A stretch of DNA of 30,437 bases from a virus (IMGVR_UViG_3300030372_004564:1-30437), one strand, 5' to 3'; numbered from the stretch's first letter, positions 1-8,452 are shown. Notes: a model not told the origin generated them from the letters alone. Translations and numbers: made by a program.

Positions 1-98
1 GAGACGGCTTCAGCATCGAGAATAAACCTGTGATGGTGTACAAGTAGCGGTTGCTTTGATAGAGTGGGCGGGCTCATCTGTGGCAGCAGCTCAGCACC
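1..98. repeat. Terminal direct repeat, left copy (probably circular assembly overlap)
   Basis: 1-98 is identical to 30339-30436; the next base differs (T at 99, A at 30437). It contains the 3' end of the Gp157-like gene (stop at 45-47). Confidence 0.95.
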
Positions 99-100
99 TT

Positions 101-143
101 GAGCCCTCAGGTCATCACCGGCCTGGGGGCTCTTCTGCATTTT
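101..143 (+). terminator. Probable intrinsic terminator after the recombination operon
   Basis: 13-bp stem GAGCCCTCAGGTC / GGCCTGGGGGCTC (2 G-U pairs), 6-nt loop, followed by TTCTGCATTTT. Confidence 0.7.
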
Positions 144-284
144 GCGCCACTCGATCACAGTCGATCGATCGCCCTCTATTCGACGCGCTGCGCTGGATAG
201 GGGGTGTTTATGTTTGCTTATCATGTGCACAGCTAATAGAATCGAAGATGTCAGCAGGGGCATCCACCCCGAAGGAGCGACACC
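144..284 (+). promoter_or_regulatory. Promoter cassette P1 (sigma70-type promoter, operator, leader hairpin, GGAGCGAC RBS)
   Basis: GCGCCACTCGATCAC at 144; TTGCTT (214-219)-N17-TAGAAT (237-242); palindrome TATCATGTGCACAGCTAA at 219-236; GGGG-CATCCA-CCCC hairpin; GGAGCGAC at 274-281. Confidence 0.8.
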
Positions 285-635
285 ATGGTCTATTCATCCA
301 TCAACAAGACAACCGAAGAGATCAAGCAAGACCTGAAGCAAGAACTCGCCAGAGCGTTAAAGGTGTTCAGGTTTGCGAACAGATACACGCCAGGATGTAA
401 ATTCGGCGACGCGGCACAGGACGTGATTGGAGCAATGTTTGCTCCCGGATCAATCCTCTCCGCGTGGGGCTTTACGACCGACGATATCATGTTTCTTGTC
501 GAAGAAGACGATCTGCGGAAAGGTTCGTCTTATATCGACGAAAACGGAGATGTCCAGCCTGGAACGTGTGGAATTACTTACAAATCCTGGCGCCCGCACA
601 TGCTCGCGCTGAATGCAGCCCTTAAATCTGACTAA
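285..635 (+). CDS. Hypothetical accessory protein (116 aa)
   Basis: ORF directly after AAGGAGCGACACC-ATG; first gene behind P1. Confidence 0.85.
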   Translation: MVYSSINKTTEEIKQDLKQELARALKVFRFANRYTPGCKFGDAAQDVIGAMFAPGSILSAWGFTTDDIMFLVEEDDLRKGSSYIDENGDVQPGTCGITYKSWRPHMLALNAALKSD

Positions 636-640
636 ACACA

Positions 641-672
641 CACAGCCCCCGAAAGGGGGCAAGGAGCGACAC
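641..672 (+). repeat. Hairpin-RBS repeat copy 1
   Basis: CACA-GCCCCC-GAAA-GGGGGC-AAGGAGCGACAC; 31/32 identical to 903-934. Confidence 0.95.
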
Positions 673-673
673 T

Positions 674-898
674 ATGAGAACACAAGACACAGAGCAGCCC
701 AGCCATAAGCACCCATTCAGGGCGAACCGTTACCCGGGATTCTGCAAGCGCTGCATGAGCGCTGTAAAGGCTCAAGAGGGAGCCCTCATGGGCAGAGACC
801 AGCAGACCGGAAAGTGGCAAGTGGTCCACGCTGGATGCACCACAGAGGAAGAGTGGGAAGGTGCTGCAAACGATAACTACAGCCGGCGCGACTGGTAA
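674..898 (+). CDS. Small putative Zn-binding protein (74 aa)
   Basis: NRYPGFCKRC...W..VHAGC gives CxxC plus HxxC; GGAGCGAC RBS. Confidence 0.8.
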   Translation: MRTQDTEQPSHKHPFRANRYPGFCKRCMSAVKAQEGALMGRDQQTGKWQVVHAGCTTEEEWEGAANDNYSRRDW

Positions 899-902
899 CC
901 AT

Positions 903-934
903 CACAGCCCCCGAAAGGGGGCGAGGAGCGACAC
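903..934 (+). repeat. Hairpin-RBS repeat copy 2
   Basis: CACA-GCCCCC-GAAA-GGGGGC-GAGGAGCGACAC. Confidence 0.95.
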
Positions 935-935
935 C

Positions 936-1286
936 ATGAAGCATGATTACAGATTCAAGATAGTCGATGAAGCGAAATTTGAGTGGCGCGACTACACGAC
1001 TGACTGGAACGATCACGAGACCGTTAAAGCAGCAGAGGCTCGCATGCTTTATTGCGACGTCTTCGATGATGTTGCTCTGATGGTGCAGCTACAGTCGGGC
1101 GGCGCGTGGTCTGTGGTGACTGCGGGATCTGACCGGTCTGGGTACCCGTTGACCGTTCACAGAAGCGGCCTGAGCCGAGAGCGTGCCGAGGCATACTGCG
1201 TCGAGATTCTACATGAGGACCTAAACGAATATGTCTTTTACTATTTCCATCCAGATTGTGCGAGAAAGGGAGCGAATGATCCATGA
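936..1286 (+). CDS. Hypothetical accessory protein (116 aa)
   Basis: Start moved from 861 to ATG 936, which follows GGAGCGACACC. Confidence 0.85.
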   Translation: MKHDYRFKIVDEAKFEWRDYTTDWNDHETVKAAEARMLYCDVFDDVALMVQLQSGGAWSVVTAGSDRSGYPLTVHRSGLSRERAEAYCVEILHEDLNEYVFYYFHPDCARKGANDP

Positions 1287-1837
1287 GTGACACACGAGTA
1301 GGAAGGCCGAAACTCTCAATCGTTCCGTGCACTAGAGAGCAGGCTAAGAATTTCGTGAGGTTGAACCACAGACATCACAACCCATCAGTGATAGGTATAT
1401 TTTGCGTGGCATGCGTTGACGAGTCTGGACTCGTTAGGGGCGTTGCCATGGTCGGCAGGCCGGTTGCGAGGCTGTCTTGCGATGGTCGAACGGTCGAGGT
1501 CAACCGAGTAGCGACCGATGGCTGTCCTAACGCTTGCAGCTTCCTTCTCGGCGCGTGCAGGAGGATAGCCTTTGAGCTGGGCTATACGAAGATCCTGACC
1601 TATACGCTGCCCGCTGAGGGGGGGGCGAGCTTGCGAGGTGCCGGATGGAGCTGCGCTGGCGAGGCGGGCGGGGGTAGCTGGAAGAATCACCCACGCCCAG
1701 GTAGAGACAATCACCCCACATCAGTAAAAGTAAAGTGGGTGTCAATGAGCAGAAATCGAAGCGTTGAAGAAATCGTGTGGCCCGACATCAAAGAACAGAC
1801 AGATCAAATTCATCTCTTCGCGGGAGCGACATCATGA
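1283..1837 (+). CDS. XF1762-family / Mom-like GNAT-fold protein, possible DNA modification enzyme
   Basis: Motifs AKNFVRLNHRHH, GVAMVGRPVAR, EVNRVATDG.PNACSFL.GA, LGY.KILTYTL..EGGASLRGAGW match my recollection of this family. Confidence 0.75.
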   Translation: MSDTRVGRPKLSIVPCTREQAKNFVRLNHRHHNPSVIGIFCVACVDESGLVRGVAMVGRPVARLSCDGRTVEVNRVATDGCPNACSFLLGACRRIAFELGYTKILTYTLPAEGGASLRGAGWSCAGEAGGGSWKNHPRPGRDNHPTSVKVKWVSMSRNRSVEEIVWPDIKEQTDQIHLFAGATS

Positions 1838-2040
1838 GCGAGACACGAGTAGGAAGGCCGAAAGGCTACAGCCCCAGAGGCAATATCAAGGACAGGCGAG
1901 TCGTGATCTACCTCGACGAGTTTGAAGCCGCGAAGCTCCGCAAGCTATCCAGGCATATGGACGACAGCGGGAGCGAGGTCATGCGGCAAGCTCTGTCAGA
2001 GAAGTACAAGCGAACGCGCTTTGCTAAGGTCGAGAAGTAG
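1834..2040 (+). CDS. Ribbon-helix-helix (CopG/Arc-like) DNA-binding protein (68 aa)
   Basis: GRPK, then a beta strand RRVVIYLD and two helices ending in SEVMRQAL; start at ATG 1834 after GGAGCGACATC. Confidence 0.7.
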   Translation: MSETRVGRPKGYSPRGNIKDRRVVIYLDEFEAAKLRKLSRHMDDSGSEVMRQALSEKYKRTRFAKVEK

Positions 2041-2048
2041 GATAGAAT
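2021..2048 (+). promoter_or_regulatory. Promoter for the replication operon
   Basis: TTGCTA (2021-2026)-N16-TAGAAT (2043-2048). Confidence 0.6.
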
Positions 2049-2056
2049 GGCTTTGA

Positions 2057-2135
2057 TCTGTTGAGGTCACGCCCCCACGATCTCCCGGGTAGCTCCTGGG
2101 AGTAGGGGCACACCTCGAAGGTCTACCTCAACGGA
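2057..2135 (+). ncRNA. Structured 5' leader of the initiator gene
   Basis: Outer stem GTTGAGGT (2060-67) / ACCTCAAC (2125-32); GCCCC / GGGGC; inner stem CTCCCGGG-TAGCT-CCTGGGAG. Confidence 0.55.
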
Positions 2136-2142
2136 GATAGAT

Positions 2143-3180
2143 ATGGACTTCCACAAGGGACGCGCGACTGACGCCGTCCTTGAATCAAGCCTGCCGAGCA
2201 TGCAGCGGCTGCTATTGATCGTCTACATCAAGCACGCGAACTCTGACGGCATAGCGTGGCCTGGAGGCGATCGGCTTGCGAAGCTCTGCGGCTCCTCGCT
2301 GAAGTCCGTGAAGCGTCACAGGTCGGCGCTCATTGCCTGCGGAGTGCTGGACCTTGTAGAGGGCGGAGCCGGCAAGGTCTACCGCATCAGGATCAATCTC
2401 GAAGCTCTGCCAACTGGGGACACAGAGTCACCGGGGTCAGATTGTCACCGGGGTCAGAATGTCCCCAGTGGTGGGGTCAAATTGTCCCCGGTACTGGGGT
2501 CAGATTGTCCCCCTAATATACACAGTGAAGATCACACAGATGAAGATCACACAAACCCCCATAAGTCCCCCACGGGGGACGAGCCTATAGACGAGCCAGA
2601 AGAGCCCTCAGAGCCAGAGCCAGAGAAGGACGAAGAAGAGAAGATCGACAAGGTCGCTATCTGCTTCGAGAAGCTCTGCGAGATGCGCAGCAGATACGGA
2701 GGCTCAAGAGCGCGAGCCCTGAAACTCACAGCGAACAGGCGGAGGCAGCTCGGCTCGCGGCTGAAGGAATACTCAGAGGAGGAGATCCTCCATGCGTGGA
2801 AGTGGTGGCACACCTCACCGTCTGAGATGGCGATCACGCTCCGTCAAGGCTACGACCTCGACACCTTCATCCGACCGTCACGGCATGACAACTACCAGAC
2901 CCACGCCCAGAACGAGGCTGAGGCGCTCCAGGATGCCCCAGAGAGCACGAGGAGCGAGCCGCTGAGCCCAGAGGACCAAGAGCGCATTAGAATCGCCTGG
3001 GAGGCCGCACAGGCTGAGAAGGAGCGCAAGCTATGGGAGGACAAGGAGAGAGCTGAAGCAGAAATACGACGCATGACAAGCGAGCCACCACGGCCAGTCC
3101 TCAAGGTCGTAGAAGACGAGGAGCGCGCATACTGCTCGTGGAATGAGTACCAGAGATCTATCAAAGGAGCGACATCATGA
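2143..3180 (+). CDS. Phage replication initiator (N-terminal winged HTH, lambda O/DnaD-like organisation)
   Basis: LLLIVYIKHANSDGIAWPGGDRLAKLCGSSLKSVKR HTH pattern, internal iterons, and a C-terminal LTANRRRQLGSRLKEYS...YDLDTFIRP replisome-organiser-like segment. Confidence 0.85.
   Translation: MDFHKGRATDAVLESSLPSMQRLLLIVYIKHANSDGIAWPGGDRLAKLCGSSLKSVKRHRSALIACGVLDLVEGGAGKVYRIRINLEALPTGDTESPGSDCHRGQNVPSGGVKLSPVLGSDCPPNIHSEDHTDEDHTNPHKSPTGDEPIDEPEEPSEPEPEKDEEEKIDKVAICFEKLCEMRSRYGGSRARALKLTANRRRQLGSRLKEYSEEEILHAWKWWHTSPSEMAITLRQGYDLDTFIRPSRHDNYQTHAQNEAEALQDAPESTRSEPLSPEDQERIRIAWEAAQAEKERKLWEDKERAEAEIRRMTSEPPRPVLKVVEDEERAYCSWNEYQRSIKGATS
2416..2512. repeat. Five 17-bp iterons, probable replication origin
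   Basis: GGGGTCAGATTGTCMCC-like units at 2416, 2433, 2450, 2473 and 2496, followed by TGAAGATCACACA x2 (2526, 2541). Confidence 0.85.
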
Positions 3181-3755
3181 ACGAATATCACCCGACACGA
3201 GGCCCGCTAAGGCATGCCCTCAACCTCATCGCGCACAGCGTCAAGGGGCAAGGCAAGCCAGAGGTGTGGGTAGACCGCATCCTCGACACTTGGCACGCAG
3301 AGACCACGCACCTAAGCGTCGAAGCCATCAAGCTCGGCGCCCAGACCTGGATACGGTCTGAGAGCTTCCGGCCCAGCCTCGCAGACTTCCTCACAGTGTG
3401 CGAGATGACGCGAGGCACAGAGGACAAGGAGCGAGGCTTTAGGGGCTGTCCTGATTGCCAAGGTACTGGATGGCGGTGGCTATACGTGCACCACCACGCG
3501 CCCGGCAAGCTTCGCAAGTGCGACAAGCACACAGTCGCGTGCGTATGCCCGAAGGGTGAGCACTACGGACAGAGCCAGAAGGGCTACAACATCACGCAAG
3601 CAATAGCAGACGCGCGAAAGGTTCCGGGCTTCATTGCCGTCTACAGCACGGACCGCGAGAGCCCTCGCAGAACAGCGGAGGAGACGATGACGCCGGAAGA
3701 CTATGAGAGGCTAAGGTCGCGCGGCAGGCGTGCACACTTTGGTGCGGGGGTGTAG
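3177..3755 (+). CDS. Putative helicase loader/inhibitor-like protein with Zn finger
   Basis: Follows the initiator; W.....HLSVEAIKLGA..WIRSESFRPSLADF pattern; CPDCQGTGW and CVC motifs. Confidence 0.6.
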   Translation: MNEYHPTRGPLRHALNLIAHSVKGQGKPEVWVDRILDTWHAETTHLSVEAIKLGAQTWIRSESFRPSLADFLTVCEMTRGTEDKERGFRGCPDCQGTGWRWLYVHHHAPGKLRKCDKHTVACVCPKGEHYGQSQKGYNITQAIADARKVPGFIAVYSTDRESPRRTAEETMTPEDYERLRSRGRRAHFGAGV

Positions 3756-3756
3756 G

Positions 3757-4023
3757 ATGGAGATGATGTCGACACCGCAGCCACAGCAGCCCGAACAAGT
3801 GCGCGAGGTCTTAGAGTCTCGCCCTATCATGGATTATTCTGGCCTGTTCTCATATCTGGCCGACATTGAGGTCCTGCACTGGGGCGACCATCGGATGCCC
3901 TTTGACCTCGGCGTGACTCTCAACAGAGACGGCGAGATGTCGATCGTGGTCAAGAAGAGGCGCGGATATTATTGGCACACAGCATTGGAGATAGAAGATG
4001 CCTTCGAAGAAGAAGACAGATAA
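3757..4023 (+). CDS. Hypothetical protein
   Basis: Fills the gap between neighbours; exact start uncertain (3757, 3763 or 3766). Confidence 0.65.
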   Translation: MEMMSTPQPQQPEQVREVLESRPIMDYSGLFSYLADIEVLHWGDHRMPFDLGVTLNRDGEMSIVVKKRRGYYWHTALEIEDAFEEEDR

Positions 4024-4183
4024 CAAGCCTGCAGCCCCAAAACCGTTCATCGTCGCGACCTGTCAGGCTTGCGGCATGCAGTGGAAGCACTACGGGAAGA
4101 AGAAGCCGGACGCGATATGTGCCGGCTGTATCCAGAAGCAAGGAGCGACAACCAATGAGCCAGAGCCAGCCGCAGAAGAGTGA
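3998..4183 (+). CDS. Small Zn-ribbon protein (61 aa)
   Basis: CQAC...CAGC; GGAG upstream. Confidence 0.6.
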   Translation: MPSKKKTDNKPAAPKPFIVATCQACGMQWKHYGKKKPDAICAGCIQKQGATTNEPEPAAEE

Positions 4184-5711
4184 GGCCGCCGCCGTCTACG
4201 TAGACCCGTCGACGCTGACTCCGTGGAATCAGAACCCCCGGAATAATGAAGCGGCGATTGACGAGGTCGCGAAGTCCATCCAGAGATTCGGCTTCGCGTC
4301 GCCTATCGTCGCGAGGACTGCTGACGGTAGAGTCATAGCAGGGCATACGAGGCTCGCAGCGGCGCTCAGGCTGGGCTTGGAGGACGTGCCAGTGCGATTC
4401 CTCGACATAGACGAGCAACTGGCCTCAGCGCTCGCCCTGGCGGATAACAAGATCGGCGAGATTGCAACATGGGACGACGAGACCTTGGGGCAAGTCCTCG
4501 CAGAGCTTGAGCAGGATGGGATGGACCTCGGCGGGCTCGGCTGGGATGAGGACGAGCTTGATCGAATCCTCGAAGCCGCGAACCCTCCGCAGCCTGAGCC
4601 CATGACAGAGGATGAGGTCGACTGGGACTCGATGCCCGAAGACGTGCCAGCCATCACGCAAGCCGGAGACGTGATCGAGCTTGGCCGGCATGTCTTGCAC
4701 TGTGGCGACTGCATTGAGACTATGCGAGGCATGCCAGAGAACAGCATTGACGCCATCGTCACCGACCCGCCCTATGGTATCGGCTTCATGTCTAAGAATT
4801 GGGATGTGGCCGTGCCGGGTGAGGACTGGGCGCGGGAGTGTCTTCGAGTCCTGAAGCCTGGAGGGCATCTGATAGCCTTTGCAGCTACCCGGACAGTGCA
4901 CCGGCTCACCGTTGCAGTAGAGGATGCAGGCTTCGAGATACGAGACCAAATTGCCCACATCCAATATCAAGGATTTCCGAAGAGCCTGTCGGTACCAGCG
5001 CAGCTCGAAGGCTCTGACGCTCAGCGCTTCGAGGGCTACGGTACAGCGCTGAAGCCTGCATTTGAGCCCGCAGTTTTGGCACGGAAGCCGCTATCCGGCA
5101 CAGTCGCGGCTAACTGTCTGGAATGGGGAACGGGCGGGTTGAACATTGACGGGTGCCGGTATGCGTATGGGGATCCGGCATGGCCGGGGCCGGGGGATAG
5201 GCCTCCAGCGGTCCCGCAGCGGGATAACTTGAGATATTCAATGGGAGACGGGGCGGGCAGGAATGGGGAGCGGCTCGACGTTCCAGAGCTGGGCAGATGG
5301 CCCGCGAATATCTACGCTTGCCCGAAGCCCAGCCGGTCAGAGCGGGAGCAGGGATGCGAAGAGCTACCCGGCAGGACTGGAGCGGAAGCGGTAGAGCGCA
5401 AGGAGGGCACGGCAGGGCTTGACAATCCGAGAGCGGGAGCCGGTCGCACTGCGTCAGAGGTGAAAAACTATCACCCGACAGTCAAGCCGATTCGGCTCAT
5501 GCGCTGGCTCGTGCGGCTCGTGAGTCCTCCCGCGCTCGATGGCGTGCCGCCTGTAGTCCTTGAGACCTTCGGGGGGAGTGGTACGACGATAGTGGCTGCA
5601 GAGCTTGAGGGGGTGCGGTGTATCGGAATCGAGATGGAGCCGAGTTACTGCGATATCATCAGGGCAAGGCTCACCGATGCGATAGGGGGAGAAGATGGGA
5701 CGACCGACTAA
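4155..5711 (+). CDS. ParB/Srx N-terminal domain fused to N6/N4 amino-DNA methyltransferase (beta class)
   Basis: NPRNN...SIQRFGF..PIV...IAGHTRL...LADNK (ParB-N); TDPPY catalytic motif before HPTVKP and FGGSGT SAM-binding motif. Start at ATG 4155 after AAGGAGCGAC. Confidence 0.92.
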   Translation: MSQSQPQKSEAAAVYVDPSTLTPWNQNPRNNEAAIDEVAKSIQRFGFASPIVARTADGRVIAGHTRLAAALRLGLEDVPVRFLDIDEQLASALALADNKIGEIATWDDETLGQVLAELEQDGMDLGGLGWDEDELDRILEAANPPQPEPMTEDEVDWDSMPEDVPAITQAGDVIELGRHVLHCGDCIETMRGMPENSIDAIVTDPPYGIGFMSKNWDVAVPGEDWARECLRVLKPGGHLIAFAATRTVHRLTVAVEDAGFEIRDQIAHIQYQGFPKSLSVPAQLEGSDAQRFEGYGTALKPAFEPAVLARKPLSGTVAANCLEWGTGGLNIDGCRYAYGDPAWPGPGDRPPAVPQRDNLRYSMGDGAGRNGERLDVPELGRWPANIYACPKPSRSEREQGCEELPGRTGAEAVERKEGTAGLDNPRAGAGRTASEVKNYHPTVKPIRLMRWLVRLVSPPALDGVPPVVLETFGGSGTTIVAAELEGVRCIGIEMEPSYCDIIRARLTDAIGGEDGTTD

Positions 5712-6117
5712 GCTGACACCAGAGACACAGAAGCGGTTTATCGATGGACTGCGGCTGGGTCTGACTTACAAGCTCGCAGCGTCCTATGCGGGCATCGACA
5801 TCTCGACCTATACCCTGTGGATGAGAAAGGGAGCAGAGCAGGACGAGGGCATCTACTCCGCATTCTCCGCAGCGGTAAAGGCGGCAGAGGGTCTGTGTGC
5901 GGCTCAGTGTATGGGGCGAATTCAGAAGGCTGCGGAGGGCGGACAGTGGCAGGCTGCGGGCTGGATTATGGAACGCCGGTACGGGTACAGCCAGAGGCAG
6001 GAGGTCAAGGTCGGCGCGTCAGACGACAGCCTCGAAGGTGCTGAGGACTTGATTGCCAAGGTCGCAGAAGTAGCCGAAGCACTCAAGGCAGGCAAAGCGG
6101 GCGAGGATGGCTCCTGA
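5695..6117 (+). CDS. terS: Terminase small subunit
   Basis: MGRPTKLT, HTH (AASYAGI..STY..W), WQAAGWIMERRY; directly upstream of TerL. Confidence 0.8.
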   Translation: MGRPTKLTPETQKRFIDGLRLGLTYKLAASYAGIDISTYTLWMRKGAEQDEGIYSAFSAAVKAAEGLCAAQCMGRIQKAAEGGQWQAAGWIMERRYGYSQRQEVKVGASDDSLEGAEDLIAKVAEVAEALKAGKAGEDGS

Positions 6118-7486
6118 GCGCTCCGAGCTGATAGCCGAGGGGTATGAAGCTGCGATTAAGCTCCAGCGGCTTCTGGACCTATATCCGCTCGCCTTTCGCG
6201 CACTTTGGGACAGGCCAAGCCCCCGCACATCACAGAAGCGCTCGGTACAGGCTCTGATGGAGCGGCGGGTCAAGGTAGGTCTTCTCGTGGGTGGCAACCG
6301 CTCCGGGAAGTCGGAAGCAGGAGCCATGATAGCGGCGGCGATAGCTCTGGGGCGTGGGAATCCTGGCGTCGCTAAGTGGATGAGGGACAACGGCATCCCG
6401 GAGGAGTCGATCTACAAGAGGCCGGGCCGGGTGTGCTGCATCTCGCTGACTTCGAACGAATCGATCAGAGTACAGCGTCCTAAGGTTGAACAGTTCTTGC
6501 CGGTGGGCACCCACTGGAAGAACAGGCACGGAGCAGGCGAGGCAGTCGCACAGCTACCGAATGGGGGCGTGGTGCTCTTCAAGACGGTAGACCAGGGGGC
6601 TCGAAGCTTCCAGGCAGACGCCTGGGATGCGGCGTGGTTCGATGAAGATCCGGAGGATGAGGCCGTCTTCAATGAGGCTCGCATGCGTCTCGTTGATAAG
6701 CGGGGGCGGTGTCTGATTACGATGACACCTCTGAGGGGCTTGACGTGGATCTGGGATCGCTTCGTCAAGGACCCAGAGCCCGGAAGCCTGTGCAAGTGGA
6801 TCCACGGCGCAGATAATCCCTACATCCCACGCGATGAGCTTGAGGGCATTCTGGCGAGCTATGGCAGCCACGAGAGAGCAGCGCGCGCCCGTGGTGAGTT
6901 CACTCAGCTCGAAGGCCGCGTCTATCAGGACTGGAGCAGAGAGCTGCACGTAGTCGAGCCCTTCGAGGTACCAGAGCACTGGACGCGGATAGCCGGTATC
7001 GACTTCGGAACGCGCAACCCGTTCGCCTGTCTGCTCGCAGCGGTCGATCCTGCCGATGACGTGGTGCACATTATCGCCGAGCATCTACAATCTGAGTGGA
7101 CGCTATCGAGACACGTCACGGCGCTGCGCAAGATGTTCGCCGAGTACGGAGAGCCGTCTGTCATAGTGGCAGACCCAGAGGACAGGGGGTCGCGTATCTC
7201 GATGGCGAGAGACTACGACATGCCAACGGTGAAGGCTAAGAAAGAGATTCGAGCCGGCATCAGCTCAGTCGCTGAGAGGCTGGCACCGGACGCGGAGGGT
7301 AGGCCCCACCTTGTCGTCCACTCGAACTGTGTCAACGTCATCAGGGAGATCGAGGGCTACGTGTGGGACACGCGCCGCAGCAAGGCAGACCAGAAGGAGC
7401 GGCCTCTCAAACGAGATGATCACTGCATGGACGCGCTTCGCTATCTGCTGCACTATCTCAACCGCGCCACGTTCGAGACCGGATAG
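6107..7486 (+). CDS. terL: Terminase large subunit
   Basis: Walker A GGNRSGKS, Walker B AWFDE, ITMTP coupling motif, nuclease GIDFG...DDHCMDALRY. Confidence 0.97.
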   Translation: MAPERSELIAEGYEAAIKLQRLLDLYPLAFRALWDRPSPRTSQKRSVQALMERRVKVGLLVGGNRSGKSEAGAMIAAAIALGRGNPGVAKWMRDNGIPEESIYKRPGRVCCISLTSNESIRVQRPKVEQFLPVGTHWKNRHGAGEAVAQLPNGGVVLFKTVDQGARSFQADAWDAAWFDEDPEDEAVFNEARMRLVDKRGRCLITMTPLRGLTWIWDRFVKDPEPGSLCKWIHGADNPYIPRDELEGILASYGSHERAARARGEFTQLEGRVYQDWSRELHVVEPFEVPEHWTRIAGIDFGTRNPFACLLAAVDPADDVVHIIAEHLQSEWTLSRHVTALRKMFAEYGEPSVIVADPEDRGSRISMARDYDMPTVKAKKEIRAGISSVAERLAPDAEGRPHLVVHSNCVNVIREIEGYVWDTRRSKADQKERPLKRDDHCMDALRYLLHYLNRATFETG

Positions 7487-7659
7487 ACGCGCGCGCCGCG
7501 AATAAATGCCGATCGATCAGACACGATCAAAATAATATTAGAGCGCAGTGGTGCGATCAGCTCTCTCTGCCCTATATATTTCTTAGCTATAAGTTGTGCA
7601 CAGGTTACAGTGTATCCATGATGCGGGACACAAACCAGCCCCCTCCAAGGAGCGACACC
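7487..7659 (+). promoter_or_regulatory. Promoter cassette P2
   Basis: GATC x4; ATTAGAGCGCAGTGGTGCG (7537-55); operator TAAGTTGTGCACAGGTTA (7590-7607); -10 TACAGT (7606-11); GGG-ACACAAACCAG-CCC leader; GGAGCGAC (7649-56). Confidence 0.8.
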
Positions 7660-8031
7660 ATGAGCAAGGTCTACAGAGCACAAAACGGCTGCATTCTTCG
7701 AGTGAGCGCAGATGGCGAGAGCTACATCTTCTCCGGTGGCCGGACCGGTCAGTACAGCCTCAGCGTAGAGCACACCGATGAGGCGCGGCTCAATGCTCAC
7801 TGGGAGGGCTACCTCGCCGTCAACGAGCCCATCAAGTACCGGGTGAGCTACATCCGAGAGAACTGCTACCGAGAGTGGAACGCGAAAGGCGAGAAGGTCG
7901 CCAAGCGGCGCAGAGCCTCCAAGACGGTGATCGCAGCTAACGAGATCGACGCCGCAAACAAGGCGAGAGACTATTGCAGCAAGTTCTACCCACAGACTCA
8001 CTTTAGCCTTGTGTCTGTAGAGTCCGCCTAA
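7660..8031 (+). CDS. Hypothetical moron protein (123 aa)
   Basis: Start moved to ATG 7660 after AAGGAGCGACACC. Confidence 0.85.
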   Translation: MSKVYRAQNGCILRVSADGESYIFSGGRTGQYSLSVEHTDEARLNAHWEGYLAVNEPIKYRVSYIRENCYREWNAKGEKVAKRRRASKTVIAANEIDAANKARDYCSKFYPQTHFSLVSVESA

Positions 8032-8033
8032 CC

Positions 8034-8068
8034 ACCACCAGCCCCCGCAAGGGGGCAAGGAGCGACAC
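8034..8068 (+). repeat. Hairpin-RBS repeat copy 3
   Basis: ACCACCA-GCCCCC-GCAA-GGGGGC-AAGGAGCGACAC; 8039-8068 is identical to 27360-27389. Confidence 0.95.
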
Positions 8069-8069
8069 C

Positions 8070-8411
8070 ATGAATGCGTTGAATATCAATCGATGGACCC
8101 AAACCCTAATTTGTGGAGCCGTCTGGATTCGCATCTTTAGCGATGGCGAGGACATGGAGCCCAACCGCTGGAGCGTTACGATTAGGCAGAGAATTCCTGG
8201 GAGCCGTAATGCGATGGTCAGTGGTGTGGAAATCTGGGACGGCGAGCTGATGCTCTCTGGGCAAGAGGACGCATCAGTCCTTCGGTCGCTCTCCGAGCTT
8301 GAGCGGGTGCTCTCCGAAATGGTCATTCCGTACTGCGACGCGCCGGACATGACGACAGGACGCCCGCTGCGCTCAGAGGTGTTCGTCAGGTCCTGGCATG
8401 AGCCAGAATAA
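8070..8411 (+). CDS. Hypothetical moron protein (113 aa)
   Basis: GGAGCGAC RBS; flanked by a perfect 23-bp direct repeat. Confidence 0.8.
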   Translation: MNALNINRWTQTLICGAVWIRIFSDGEDMEPNRWSVTIRQRIPGSRNAMVSGVEIWDGELMLSGQEDASVLRSLSELERVLSEMVIPYCDAPDMTTGRPLRSEVFVRSWHEPE

Positions 8412-8420
8412 CAACTATCG

Positions 8421-8443
8421 ACCACCAGCCCCCGCAAGGGGGC
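8421..8443 (+). repeat. Hairpin repeat copy 4 (no RBS, ends the moron)
   Basis: ACCACCAGCCCCCGCAAGGGGGC, identical to 8034-8056. Confidence 0.95.
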
Positions 8444-8452
8444 GCCCTTCGT

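Noticed and set aside
48-100. Imperfect hairpin after the Gp157 gene as tRNA or ncRNA
   Set aside because: No cloverleaf or T-loop consensus; pairing depends on many G-U pairs and has no other support.
641-934. Hairpin repeats as a CRISPR array or integron attC sites
   Set aside because: The intervals are whole genes of 260-390 bp, there is no cas or intI gene, and the repeats lack attC RYYYAAC/GTTRRRY boxes.
4155-4600. ParB domain as evidence of plasmid partitioning
   Set aside because: It is fused to a methyltransferase, and no ParA is present.
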